DNA of 64,000 nucleotides from Albugo candida (Eukaryota): NCBI GenBank assembly GCA_040437565.1, contig JBDOQK010000002.1, positions 372,001 to 436,000 of the forward strand, read 5' to 3'. Shown piece by piece: positions 25,001 to 37,100 of this stretch (position 1 is its first letter; each line of letters starts with the position of its first letter). The notes under the pieces were generated by a model. It saw only the letters and a program-made list of their open reading frames with translations, ran no database searches and was not told where the DNA came from. The position numbers and the translations under genes were made by a program.

Positions 25001-26499
25001 CGTCCAAGATATTTTTTTTCGTCCACCAAATCATTAGAGAGGCCGTCACAGCGGTAGTAATACACTTGAGTATTGATTCCTACGGCGATGTGTCTTGGGC
25101 CCAGCGCGACAAAGGAAGGTTCGATGGAGACAGCAATCTGCATCATCGAATCTCGACCGGTGACGTCCACCACGCTGATCTCTCGTAACGAGCTCATGAA
25201 TGCGATATATTTGCTATAAAAATCAAAGATTTTTGGCATTTTTGCAAGAAAATTCTGAACGATTCCTCCGTGTGTTGCAACGGTTAAAATCTGTCCATCG
25301 GACGTAAAGCTCATAGCATTGGCTTCATTCTCATCCGCTTCGACCAGCTTGATTGTGTCGGTCATAATCTCAGTGTTTGTGGCCATATCGACGACCTTGA
25401 GCCCACTATCTCCACTCAGCGCTGTACGATTCAAAACTGGAGAATAGGAAGCTGCATAAATACGGTCTGAGAAAAATCGACCCGAGAAAACTTCTTCTCC
25501 AATCTCCTACAATAAACGACATGTGGGTGAGGCGAAAAGGTACCGAGCGTCGTGGTTACGTCAAGCTTGGTGGAAATCTCAATCAGGTATCCTAACGAAA
25601 AGACAATGATGAGCAGTCCATCGCCAAACCATTCAAAGTAGAGAACGCTTCCATAATACTGGAATCAACCACAATCAAAATGGAGCATGTATGTGAGCTC
25701 AATGATAGATGCATTGTACCGTTTGGAATGTAAGCTCGACAGGATTATTTGGGTCCTGTAAGTAGAGAATCAGAATGGACTTGCCAGTGTTGATAGCGAC
25801 CAAAGTTTCTTCTGTGGCTTCGCCCCGACCACGGCCAAATTTGATTTGTAGTGCCTTTACACAAGGAGTAAGTCTCCATATGCAATACTGAGCAGGAACC
25901 TTACGCTTTGGCTCAAATCTCGCTGATCGATGGTGTCTCCTTTGACATTACTCAACGTCATCATTCGATCATCAGAGCCCAATACGAGTTGGTCTTGAGA
26001 ATTCCAGGCCCCACATGTTATACGACGTGAATGTTTGCCTACAACAGGGAGAATCCTACTGCTCGCCTTATCGTAAATAGCCAGATTCCCTTTTTGAGTT
26101 CCGATAGCAAGTAGATTTCCTGAGCAATTCCAGCACAAATAACTTGCTGGGTCTTTGAGTGAAGTATCAAGATGCTGAATCGTTCGAGTGGATAGCTTCC
26201 ATAGCGCCACCACTGCTTTGTCCTGCTGAGCTATCGCTAATGTGCCACCATCCGCATCCCATCGTAATGCAATCACTTGCGCCCGTGTGTCCAAAGCAAC
26301 TTCGTCATAGTGTTCCCCTTGACGGTCGAAAATATAAACGAGTCCTATCGTGACAGGCGATCAGTCGACAATGTAAGTAAATAGTTGCAAGCACACCATT
26401 TTTTCCTGATGTCGCTAGAAACGAGCCGTTTGGCTGCCATTCAAAGAGGACAGATCCTGATCCATGATTCTTGGATGAAACTTTGAACAGTCTTTGCAT
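22078..26499 (-). CDS. WDR19: WDR19 / IFT144 intraflagellar transport A subunit
   Basis: N-terminal WD40s (GKHSRRITCGAW), TPR region, LMLLHSYVLVK, AARMLLRVA, VIECQRAG, LMRPEYR and C-terminal CPYC/CxxC/CPMC zinc motifs. Multi-exon. Confidence 0.95.
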
Positions 26500-26645
26500 C
26501 GAAAATACCTTCCAGAAGTCTCAGCACTACAGAAAGCCTCGGATATTTATGTCGTATAAGGTCGAAGTGCCTCATCACCGAAAACGGAAGATTGCGACAT
26601 CGGACAAAATTTGAAGCTGTTATATATTCAATTGGTTGTATTAGG

Positions 26646-28090
26646 TCAAGCGAGATAACAACACATGTATAGTTTCTGGATTGCATTCATTCGATGAGAT
26701 TGCATACAGAAGGGCACTCGTATGACTTCTGCGAAGCCCTCTTCTTTCTATTAAAGGCACATAAAATGAGCAAGACTCATCAAGAATTCACTTCACCCTT
26801 ACATTTGGAGAAATAAAGCTTTTATAAAATGAATGAATGGCGACATCTGGAACGTTTTTGACTGGAGCAAGTATTTGTGACATTGTGTCTGATCCTGGTA
26901 AAGCAAGCTGGCGATATTTGTTTAAATGGAGCGCAATCTCCTTACTGACATCGATTTGAATACACCGAACGGAGACATTCTGGAAATAAAGGCTCAGCAT
27001 GTCGCTGAGATCTGACGAGAACACATTATACCTGTTCTTGGCCAATTCCTATCCATATTTTGCGTGAGGCTGGATCACGATTAGTGGCATCAATGATCAC
27101 ACTTTTGCCTCTCTTTAATGCATCCAAGCACCTCTTTTTACAATTGACAATCGTTTTCTCAATATCTTGATTGACAATTTCATGGTCTGGGAAATGATTA
27201 TGCGCGAGAAACGATTTTCCAGATGCTGGTGATCCCACCAAAACCACAATTTCCTGCGAGGACGTTTTTCTAGAGATGTCGAAGCATACGTTAGGATCCT
27301 GATCCAGTAAGCTTTTAGGATCAAATCCAATATTCCACTCCATCGGTTGTGTATGAATCCTCGCCTTCATTTTCAGAAAAAGAGCCTCAGGCGTTTGAAA
27401 GGATATCCCGCAATTAATTGCAAATTTATAATCGGTGGCGGCGAAATCTTTCTTACGGTTTCCAAATACAGGACGTCCCGCTGCGTCCCCACAATAAAAC
27501 GACGATGTCTTGTCGATCTGATCTTCGCCGACACCAAACTCATCTACAATCACTTGCCATGCTCCTGGTCGTGGTTTACGCATACGATCATCACGAATGG
27601 CTAGTAAGATCAGAATCGGAGTATCGAGAGCACGACATATTGCTTCGATTTTTTGCTAAAAGATAATCAATGTTTGGTTGATTTGTTCCAGAAAGTGTTC
27701 ACTTACTTTGATATCCTTTTCACTGCTTTTGCCCTGTGAGATACCGAGTTGATTGGAAACGATTACCAGAGTGTACTTATCACGAACAAGCTGCTTCATT
27801 GTCTCTTCTACTAGAGTTGGATGGAAGAATTTCCAGTCTTTGGAATGTTGTGGAAATTTCTTTCCGCTTTTGGTGACAATAAGTGTGTGATCCAAATCGA
27901 ACGCTGCCACTTTATGCTTTTCCATTGAGTTGGATAATGTATTGAGAATAAGAACGGATCTTGCATTGCCTTCCATCCGATCATTCCATCGTTGTTGCTC
28001 AAGTTTGAATCGTTTGTCTGTTTTCGACTCCTTTTGTCGACTGTGTTGATCCACAATCTGAATACCATTTCGAGTTACGAATGCATCCAT
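26646..28090 (-). CDS. PNKP: Bifunctional polynucleotide kinase 3'-phosphatase
   Basis: HAD motifs AAFDLDHTLI, SNQLG, RKPRPGAW and FYCGDAAGR, plus kinase P-loop LVGSPASGKS and VIIDATN. The last exon KEEGFAEV...CYLA* ends at 26646. Confidence 0.93.
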
Positions 28091-28208
28091 GACGCTGGAT
28101 TATCATGCCAATCAAAAGGCTGGATTAGACTGGTATCAGCGCAGACGACGAACGGATTGGCTAATTAGTGATCTAATCCAATCGCACCATTCAAATTCTC
28201 AAGTGAAA
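28091..28208. promoter_or_regulatory. 118-bp bidirectional promoter (PNKP / mitochondrial L12) with CCAAT boxes on both strands
   Basis: Divergent ATGs at 28090 and 28209. GCCAATC, GATTGGC and TCCAATC lie in the gap. Confidence 0.55.
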
Positions 28209-28814
28209 ATGCTCGCTAGACTTGGTCGACGAATTTCGGCGCAGGTGTTACGTCAATCATGTCATTCTGAAGTATTGCAAGCAAATAGCAGGATTATCAG
28301 TCGTAGCATGTTCATCGAGATAAAAGAACATGATAAAATCATGAAAGAAGAAGTGAAGGATATGAATTTACGACCACGTGTTCTGACAGCCTTCGACATG
28401 ATCTTACAAATGAATCAGCTTGAAATAGCGGAATTGTCATGGGCAATTCAGGTAAGAATATACAGAAAATGAAAATGGTTATACGTGACGTCTGTGATCA
28501 TGCAGGACCGACTTGGAATATCTGATGACGCATTTGTTATGGGGAACGGTGATTCAGAAATGCAGTCAGATGCGCCAACAGAAGAAGAAGAGGAAGAAAA
28601 AACGTCCTTCGATGTGAAATTGGCGAGTTTTGATCCAAAAAGCAAGATCAAAGTCATCAAAGAAATTAGAACACTCACAGGTCTAGGATTGAAAGAGGCT
28701 AAAGAGCTTGTAGAAGGTGCGCCCAGCGTAGTTAAAAAGAATGTCACAAAGGAAGAAGCCGAATCCATCCTTTCAAAACTCAAAGAGTGCGGAGCTGTTG
28801 CGGCAATGGAATAG
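28209..28814 (+). CDS. MRPL12: Mitochondrial ribosomal protein L7/L12
   Basis: Arg-rich presequence [10 protein letters not shown] and intron 28452-28505. C-terminal EKTSFDVKL...[22 protein letters not shown]. Confidence 0.93.
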
Positions 28815-29008
28815 ATATACTTTTTTTGTTTAATTCCTTATACAAACTTATTGAGAAAAAAGTTTACATGTGAACCACATGTTTTTAACAAACAACTGGC
28901 TCAAACCTATACAAACGATTAAAAACAAGCACGAGGGCGTGGATCTCTCGGTATCATACATTGTGAATCCAATAGAACGCATCAAAAAACACATAAAAAA
29001 CATAAAAA

Positions 29009-30817
29009 ATGCCACGACCCGCTAGTATTTTATGGTCTCATTTCCGAAAAGATGCCACCAACAAGCGAGCGATTTGTAAATATTGCGAACACAACATGTG
29101 TGGTCTGGTCACTCGAATGCGGACACATTTAGTCAAAAAGTGCGCTAATTGTCCACTCCACATCAAGCAAGAAATGTACGATACCGATTTTCATCGTAAA
29201 ATGGATTTGAACATTGTCGCTTCAACAAGCTCGCCGGCACACACTTCTCTCCATACAAACTCAAAACATCACACCAATACACATCATCACCTTCAGAGTC
29301 ATAAATGTGAGCCGTCCACACGTCGCTCACGCATCCAGTCTGCTTCAATCGAAGAAAAACACGATTTAGATAGCTTTCTGGCAAAAGGGATTCTAGGTGC
29401 TGCGCTACCAATTGATATTGTGGAAAATCCGGCCTTTATTAAAATGATGAAAAGCTTTCATCCAATGTACGATCTTCCATCTGCGTTCACATTGGCAACG
29501 ACAGGCGTGGATTTGGAGTACACTGAAGTTCAATTAAAACTCCGTGCTGAGGTCCTCGATGCATCGTCAGTGTGTTTGGGTATTGAGAGTTGGTCAAATG
29601 TCGTATATCGGTCCATCATAAGTTGCATGATTTATACACCTACTCCGGGAATGTTTGCATTCGAAAACACTGGCGAACTCCCGCACACGCCTCAAGTACT
29701 CATCGATAAGATTGAGGCTATTTTGACGCAAATTGGAAGCGGGAAAGTTTCGGTCATTGTGATGGACGGGCAAGAAAATATGAAGCAGTGCGCAATTGTG
29801 TTGGAAGAAAAGTACCCGGAAATTACATTCTTGCCAAGTTGTGCACATGCAATGCAGAAAATGGTGCAGGAAATTTTGCAATTATCGCCATTTGCAAAAG
29901 TCTTCGAAACATGTAAGGAGGTTACTGAACGATTTAGTAAGGATCCTGTAGCCAGAGCGGCATTTTTACGAGTGCAGGAGCACTTACAAGCTCTTGATAC
30001 TTCTTCACCATTGTCAAAGCCCGATGAAAGCTGTCCGTTGTCAATTTTGGAGTTCCTCGTTGCGGTCGAGCGCAGTCGCCATTCGTTTGATATTTTTTTC
30101 GCGGAAACAGGTACGGGTGATCAAATTGAAGCCCAGGTCAAGGAGGTTTTCGTAGGACTGGAATTTTGGGAAGAGCTTTCTTCCGTCACGGGTCTGATGG
30201 ACCCATTTCTACAGCTTTTGAGAACTTTGGAGTCTGATTATCCACTGCTATCGACATTTTATCATCATTTCACACTACTATGGGATCATCTTGAAAAATA
30301 TGGGAGTTTGGCCGCATCTGTGCAATTGATTGTGTCCAAATTTTGGCAATCCATTCGACATCCTGCAATGTACACAGCGTACCTCTTGGATCCTCGATTT
30401 CCACCGTCCAATTTATCGAGCGATGTCAGAAGTGAGGTGCTGACATACCTCAAGCGACTTAGCGACACAAGCAGCTTTGCAAACTTATTTTCAGAGCTAA
30501 CGCGATTCACTGGGCGAGTGGGAATGTTTGCTGATGAAGCGATTTGGGACTCGGCTCGAAAATTCAGTCCCATACAATGGTGGAAAGGTTTCATCGGAAG
30601 CTCTTGTCCTAATTTACAGGCAGTTGCACTTCGCACACTCTGTTTTCCTGCAACTTCAGGATTATCGAAGAGTAAACGCGATGCTTTCGAAAAAATCCAT
30701 GTCACGAACACCAGGTTTATGAATGAGGACCAGGCCAACAAAGCAGCTTTAGTCTATCTGAACACAAATTTTTCCTCTGCTGTCGACGGATTGAGTGAAA
30801 GTGCCACATTGGTGTGA
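29009..30817 (+). CDS. BED zinc finger + hAT transposase-derived protein (probably domesticated, catalytically degenerate)
   Basis: WSHF...CKYC...RMRTHL..KC BED finger, DUF659-like middle, AYLLDPRF and a PIQWW...PNLQAVA hAT dimerisation-like end. Intact 602-aa ORF. Confidence 0.85.
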   Translation: MPRPASILWSHFRKDATNKRAICKYCEHNMCGLVTRMRTHLVKKCANCPLHIKQEMYDTDFHRKMDLNIVASTSSPAHTSLHTNSKHHTNTHHHLQSHKCEPSTRRSRIQSASIEEKHDLDSFLAKGILGAALPIDIVENPAFIKMMKSFHPMYDLPSAFTLATTGVDLEYTEVQLKLRAEVLDASSVCLGIESWSNVVYRSIISCMIYTPTPGMFAFENTGELPHTPQVLIDKIEAILTQIGSGKVSVIVMDGQENMKQCAIVLEEKYPEITFLPSCAHAMQKMVQEILQLSPFAKVFETCKEVTERFSKDPVARAAFLRVQEHLQALDTSSPLSKPDESCPLSILEFLVAVERSRHSFDIFFAETGTGDQIEAQVKEVFVGLEFWEELSSVTGLMDPFLQLLRTLESDYPLLSTFYHHFTLLWDHLEKYGSLAASVQLIVSKFWQSIRHPAMYTAYLLDPRFPPSNLSSDVRSEVLTYLKRLSDTSSFANLFSELTRFTGRVGMFADEAIWDSARKFSPIQWWKGFIGSSCPNLQAVALRTLCFPATSGLSKSKRDAFEKIHVTNTRFMNEDQANKAALVYLNTNFSSAVDGLSESATLV

Positions 30818-30838
30818 AAAATAGAAAAGCATCAGACA

Positions 30839-31896
30839 TCAGACCTCCAAAGGATTAGGTGTTTCTATCTCCCTAGCTACCGAGAGATCATGAAGTCTAC
30901 ACTCTGATTCCTCACCCGCAGCCACCTTTGAGTCATTACTCGAGACCAAATTCGATCGAAGCAACTCGTAGTCAGCCTTTGGGACCAAATTCTGCTGAAT
31001 ACCGTAAATTTCAGCGACTTTTGGTTGTACGACGACCAAGTACCCTTCCGCTGGATGCTAAGGTGGAACATCAGATACTAATTCACAAAGCAGGACGAGG
31101 TACCTTGAGCAGCTCGGGCTGATCAACTAGTCGCTCATTGATTTCCAGTAATGCTCCTCGAATACAACTATTCGAATCAATGGATCGATTATTTATGTTG
31201 GACTCATGTGCTGATGATCGAATCACCTTGGTATCTCATAGACGCGTCCACTATGACATCGAATACGACAAAGAATAGTTGTCGGAATCAAAAACAATCC
31301 TCCCTTTTTCTTCTTCCCATTCACTTTATTTTCCTTCAATTTCTCGCCGAAATCGACTGATGAAATGGTTTCCTGGAATACCGGATGCGATGGAGCCAAA
31401 GTCGTCTACGAACAAAACATCAAGTTACTTGACGATCATACTGATTGAATAATTATGGGCACCATGCAAAGTCGATTGGAATGCATTTGGATGGAAATAT
31501 CGTGCGACTCGTTTCCCATTACATTGAGCGCAAAAAGCTGTGTGTAATAACGCTCGACCATTGTTGCGGGAAGCGTGTTCTGATTTTTTATACCGGGCGA
31601 TATATATTGCTCTTTTTGTCGTTGCTCCACTTGATCCCGAATAAGTTGACGTTGTGCGGCCACAGATGTGATTGCTTCTCCTTGCAGTTCCTCACTGAGT
31701 AAAACCTTAGGCGAGAGACAATGGTACGATAGGGAACATACCTCCCGTGCGCATATCGACAATCTGGATAAGGACATCCTTCGGGTCTATCATACCGTTT
31801 ACATAATGCGGTCTTGTGTTTAGCGTTGGCGCGTTTAGTTCGGCGTTTTTTGCATGGAGTTTCCTCCATAGATTTTCTTCCAATCATTGCGTGCAT
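30839..31896 (-). CDS. CCCH zinc finger fused to an Abitram/FAM206A (Simiate)-like domain
   Basis: HKTALC-x8-C-x4-C-x3-HG splices through intron 31741-31695 in frame to MVERYYT...DISIQMHSNRLCM|TTLAPSHP...NKVNGKKKKGG...IRGALLEINERL...EGYLVVVQPK, matching ABITRAM motifs. Start could be 31896, 31887 or 31869. Confidence 0.85.
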
Positions 31897-34800
31897 ATTG
31901 GTGGCCGTCTTGCGTGCTACAATTGACAATCGCACAGTCATTATCCTTCCTTCCACAACTTTCAAGACCTCATTGCTGCCTCCGTTTATGTAATATTCCA
32001 ATATAAATAAAAATGATGAAGAAGCATGCCATGTTGTTTAAAGTATCTGTGCGACACTAAGGTTCCGTCCGACAACCGTTCTGTACTCTGAATCGTAAGC
32101 GCAACAATCGCCACTATTCAATGACTGATGCCAATAAAACGAACATTAGTCGCTCGATTCCTCCTCATCTCATTGAGCGCAAATACCAACGATTTTCTTA
32201 CAAGTGAGATACCAGAATTAAGAAATTGCACATGACATCGAGCAATACCATGAAATCAAACGTGTCAATGCCTAGCTCCTTCAATTCGTTTCGATTAAAT
32301 GAGGCGCCAGTTAGTCATAAAGGAGAACGCTGCTCCCATGTAAAGCAACTTACGAAAACAAGCGCTTTGAGCCCTGGTAGCCGAGCTTATGGGAACAACC
32401 TTGCCGAAGATATTTCGAAGAAAAAGCGCACGTGCATTTATTCCATGATGAGGAGGGAGCACGACAACGGAGAGCTATATCTAATGGCTTCAAAAAAGAA
32501 TCTGACTAGTGCATTACACAAGAAATTATTATGAGAAAGTGAAGGACGAAGCGTTCATGTATGCATGTCAGATCTCGTTCATGCGGTGAGCTCCAAACAA
32601 CAGCAAGACGTAGCGCGTTACGGGTGGGAAAGAAAATAGCATACTGAATTACAACCGAGAAAAAGACCGAAGAACAGTGAGATCGACTGAAAAATTTATA
32701 GAAAAACTGCAATTTGGATTAGTAATGATTTTGGCAATACAACGTGGTTTTGTCGCCTGTAGCACGCATTTCTATTTCGTCTGCTCTATTTCCAACTGCT
32801 ATAAGCGTCTTTGTCGATTTGATAGCTGCTCACTGTTTGGCTGTATTGAATCACCCAAAACATGCGACGCTAATGTAGCAACTGAATAGATCGAATTTTG
32901 CTTTGCATTATTTCGCATTTTAGAGATGTTTTCGCCGATCATAATTCAATTGCTACTCATCTTGCAAAGGTGCATAACAAGACAGCTCCTCAAATGGATG
33001 GTGGTACTAATACTTGTCAAACAACAGATTTGCTTCGACATTTGATATGTTTTCTTACGCATTTATCTTCCGCGTTCTTTTGTGTATCCCATTCCAACGC
33101 AGATTGCCGGCTACTGATAGACATATCTCACTACATACTATCTAGTTGTTCATAAAAGAAGGGACGAACATTTGTGTTGCATGCAGAATTCTTTGCAAAA
33201 GTCTAGAGAGGAGAACGATGGTGGAGCTGACGCTTACTTCTGTTTGTTGGTGACGGAGGGGTCGTTAGGATTAAAATTGACGAGCATAAGCTTGTGGGAA
33301 TTCTGAAGGATGAAATCGCCAGAAAGATACAGAATAGTATTGCATATGATGCGAAAGACCTGAAGCTATACTTGGCCAAGATAATGGTACTTGGTTGAGA
33401 GAAGCTGAGCAAATCGCAAGAAAATCGATGCTCTCCTCTCTGAACAAAATGAACTGCTGAGTTCATATCAATTAAACGACAGCGCGTACGGCTTCCCATT
33501 GAGTGGTATGGAAAAGAGAAGCGGAGATATCCACGTTCTGGTTCACCTTCCACTAAAAACTTCGAAGCGACGCAAGGAAGTTCATGACGTCACGGCTGCA
33601 NNNNNNNNNNNNNNNNNNNNNNNNNNNNNNNNNNNNNNNNNNNNNNNNNNNNNNNNNNNNNNNNNNNNNNNNNNNNNNNNNNNNNNNNNNNNNNNNNNNN
33701 CAAAACATCAAGTTACTTGACGATCATACTGATTGAATAATTATGGGCACCATGCAAAGTCGATTGGAATGCATTTGGATGGAAATATCGTGCGACTCGT
33801 TTCCCATTACATTGAGCGCAAAAAGCTGTGTGTAATAACGCTCGACCATTGTTGCGGGAAGCGTGTTCTGATTTTTTATACCGGGCGATATATATTGCTC
33901 TTTTTGTCGTTGCTCCACTTGATCCCGAATAAGTTGACGTTGTGCGGCCACAGATGTGATTGCTTCTCCTTGCAGTTCCTCACTGAGTAAAACCTTAGGC
34001 GAGAGACAATGGTACGATAGGGAACATACCTCCCGTGCGCATATCGACAATCTGGATAAGGACATCCTTCGGGTCTATCATACCGTTTACATAATGCGGT
34101 CTTGTGTTTAGCGTTGGCGCGTTTAGTTCGGCGTTTTTTGCATGGAGTTTCCTCCATAGATTTTCTTCCAATCATTGCGTGCATATTGGTGGCCGTCTTG
34201 CGTGCTACAATTGACAATCGCACAGTCATTATCCTTCCTTCCACAACTTTCAAGACCTCATTGCTGCCTCCGTTTATGTAATATTCCAATATAAATAAAA
34301 ATGATGAAGAAGCATGCCATGTTGTTTAAAGTATCTGTGCGACACTAAGGTTCCGTCCGACAACCGTTCTGTACTCTGAATCGTAAGCGCAACAATCGCC
34401 ACTATTCAATGACTGATGCCAATAAAACGAACATTAGTCGCTCGATTCCTCCTCATCTCATTGAGCGCAAATACCAACGATTTTCTTACAAGTGAGATAC
34501 CAGAATTAAGAAATTGCACATGACATCGAGCAATACCATGAAATCAAACGTGTCAATGCCTAGCTCCTTCAATTCGTTTCGATTAAATGAGGCGCCAGTT
34601 AGTCATAAAGGAGAACGCTGCTCCCATGTAAAGCAACTTACGAAAACAAGCGCTTTGAGCCCTGGTAGCCGAGCTTATGGGAACAACCTTGCCGAAGATA
34701 TTTCGAAGAAAAAGCGCACGTGCATTTATTCCATGATGAGGAGGGAGCACGACAACGGAGAGCTATATCTAATGGCTTCAAAAAAGAATCTGACTAGTGC

Positions 34801-35888
34801 ATTACACAAGAAATTATTATGAGAAAGTGAAGGACGAAGCGTTCATGTATGCATGTCAGATCTCGTTCATGCGGTGAGCTCCAAACAACAGCAAGACGTA
34901 GCGCGTTACGGGTGGGAAAGAAAATAGCATACTGAATTACAACCGAGAAAAAGACCGAAGAACAGTGAGATCGACTGAAAAATTTATAGAAAAACTGCAA
35001 TTTGGATTAGTAATGATTTTGGCAATACAACGTGGTTTTGTCGCCTGTAGCACGCATTTCTATTTCGTCTGCTCTATTTCCAACTGCTATAAGCGTCTTT
35101 GTCGATTTGATAGCTGCTCACTGTTTGGCTGTATTGAATCACCCAAAACATGCGACGCTAATGTAGCAACTGAATAGATCGAATTTTGCTTTGCATTATT
35201 TCGCATTTTAGAGATGTTTTCGCCGATCATAATTCAATTGCTACTCATCTTGCAAAGGTGCATAACAAGACAGCTCCTCAAATGGATGGTGGTACTAATA
35301 CTTGTCAAACAACAGATTTGCTTCGACATTTGATATGTTTTCTTACGCATTTATCTTCCGCGTTCTTTTGTGTATCCCATTCCAACGCAGATTGCCGGCT
35401 ACTGATAGACATATCTCACTACATACTATCTAGTTGTTCATAAAAGAAGGGACGAACATTTGTGTTGCATGCAGAATTCTTTGCAAAAGTCTAGAGAGGA
35501 GAACGATGGTGGAGCTGACGCTTACTTCTGTTTGTTGGTGACGGAGGGGTCGTTAGGATTAAAATTGACGAGCATAAGCTTGTGGGAATTCTGAAGGATG
35601 AAATCGCCAGAAAGATACAGAATAGTATTGCATATGATGCGAAAGACCTGAAGCTATACTTGGCCAAGATAATGGTACTTGGTTGAGAGAAGCTGAGCAA
35701 ATCGCAAGAAAATCGATGCTCTCCTCTCTGAACAAAATGAACTGCTGAGTTCATATCAATTAAACGACAGCGCGTACGGCTTCCCATTGAGTGGTATGGA
35801 AAAGAGAAGCGGAGATATCCACGTTCTGGTTCACCTTCCACTAAAAACTTCGAAGCGACGCAAGGAAGTTCATGACGTCACGGCTGCA
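31413..35888. repeat. 2188-bp direct duplication across N gap (31413-33600 = 33701-35888); probable assembly overlap
   Basis: Offset is 2288 with identical ORF translations. It duplicates the 5' part of CCCH-Abitram and the CRN N-terminus. Confidence 0.9.
33218..33600 (+). pseudogene. Crinkler (CRN) N-terminus, partial duplicate cut by the gap
   Basis: Same sequence as 35506-35888. Confidence 0.75.
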
Positions 35889-37100
35889 TACGTGCAGCAA
35901 TTGATCCGAGACGTCGACGTCCTAGCCCTCGATACAATTATGAAATTGACCGCCTCCGTATCATCCCTTTTACCAGTAAAATATCCGACATCTATTATGG
36001 GTTTGGTTACGGCATATGCAGATGTGTTTGAATTCTCCGAAGACCGCTTTATTGCGCTCAGTTTTTTTTTTACACATATATTTTTCAAACAGTAGATTTC
36101 TCGGACTCAAAGAACGCAAACATGGGACAGTATTTTTCGCGAACCAATTGAGCAGCTTGCAAGTTAGTACGACTCGACCTTAAGTTTGGTAGAAATCAGG
36201 TGGATCAGTCGGCAACATCAAAAAAGAAGAAAGCTGATTTTTTGCTTTGGTTGAGCAATGCAATAATGTTAAAAGGGGAAGAAAAAGCTTCATCTTCGGG
36301 TTTCTTTCGACATAGCTGAAAGAGAGCTCATAAAAAATGAAATTGATGCCATTATCATTGTTCGGAAACATGCCCTATATATTCGCTTACGTTGCAGCCA
36401 AGTATAATGTCCGCTTATCTGCGATCGCTCCTTAAAAATAAGCCCGATATCCTTAAAGTTTGATCTGAGGAAGCATCAGGATCGGTTTGCAGGTGCCGTC
36501 ACCTCAATCAACATTTCTCGTCTTCTATACCATTACACAAAGCTCGTACCTCGAGGTGTTCTGCCTCTTTATCAACCAAGGCTAAGGCACAATGGCACTG
36601 TCACACTCCACGAAGACCATCTATCAAAGAAACTCTATCGGGAACCTTACAATCTTGACGCAGTGGTTGCTATATATGACATCATTCGGCAGAACAAGAT
36701 AAAGTGTACAATCCGTCTAGTAGTAAGGAAACGATTTAATTCAAGCTTGAGCCAGTCGGGTTTTCGAGAAAACCAACAAGTGACTCGGAGCTCATAGCTG
36801 CTTTAATGTGTGTCGCGCGTTGGCCTTGTTGGTTTGCAAAAGCTCTGATATGTGCATAGGGATATTCGGTGGCCAAACATCTTGTGCTGGAAAATAATGC
36901 ATATATTTTGATAGACCTTGAGAACGCCGGATAAAACACGAAGGCCCAACCCAATCCGTTAATGAGATAGTGCTTCGTCTTTTGGTATCGAATAAAATTA
37001 CTTGCCTTCGTCATTTTTAAGGCGAAATGTTACAGTCATCACTTGGAAATTACAGAAACAATGTCGAGCGCTTCCTTCCAAGCAGATAATTCATCAACCA
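35506..37100 (+). pseudogene. Crinkler (CRN) effector pseudogene: LYLAK/DWL/HVLVxxP N-terminus, PD-(D/E)xK-like REase domain, CRN8-like kinase
   Basis: Read across several frameshifts and stops: MVELTL.., KIDEHKLVGILKDEI, DAKDLKLYLAK (LKLYLAK at 35648-35668), GTWL, DIHVLVHLP (35814-35840), KADFLLW...KGEEK (36233-36286), FGNMPYIFAY, LEPVG, HRDIRWPNI (36855-36881) and LIDLE (~36908-36922). End is approximate. Confidence 0.88.

Noticed and set aside
32226..33155. Short ORFs upstream of the CRN
   Set aside because: No motifs or coherent exon chain were found.
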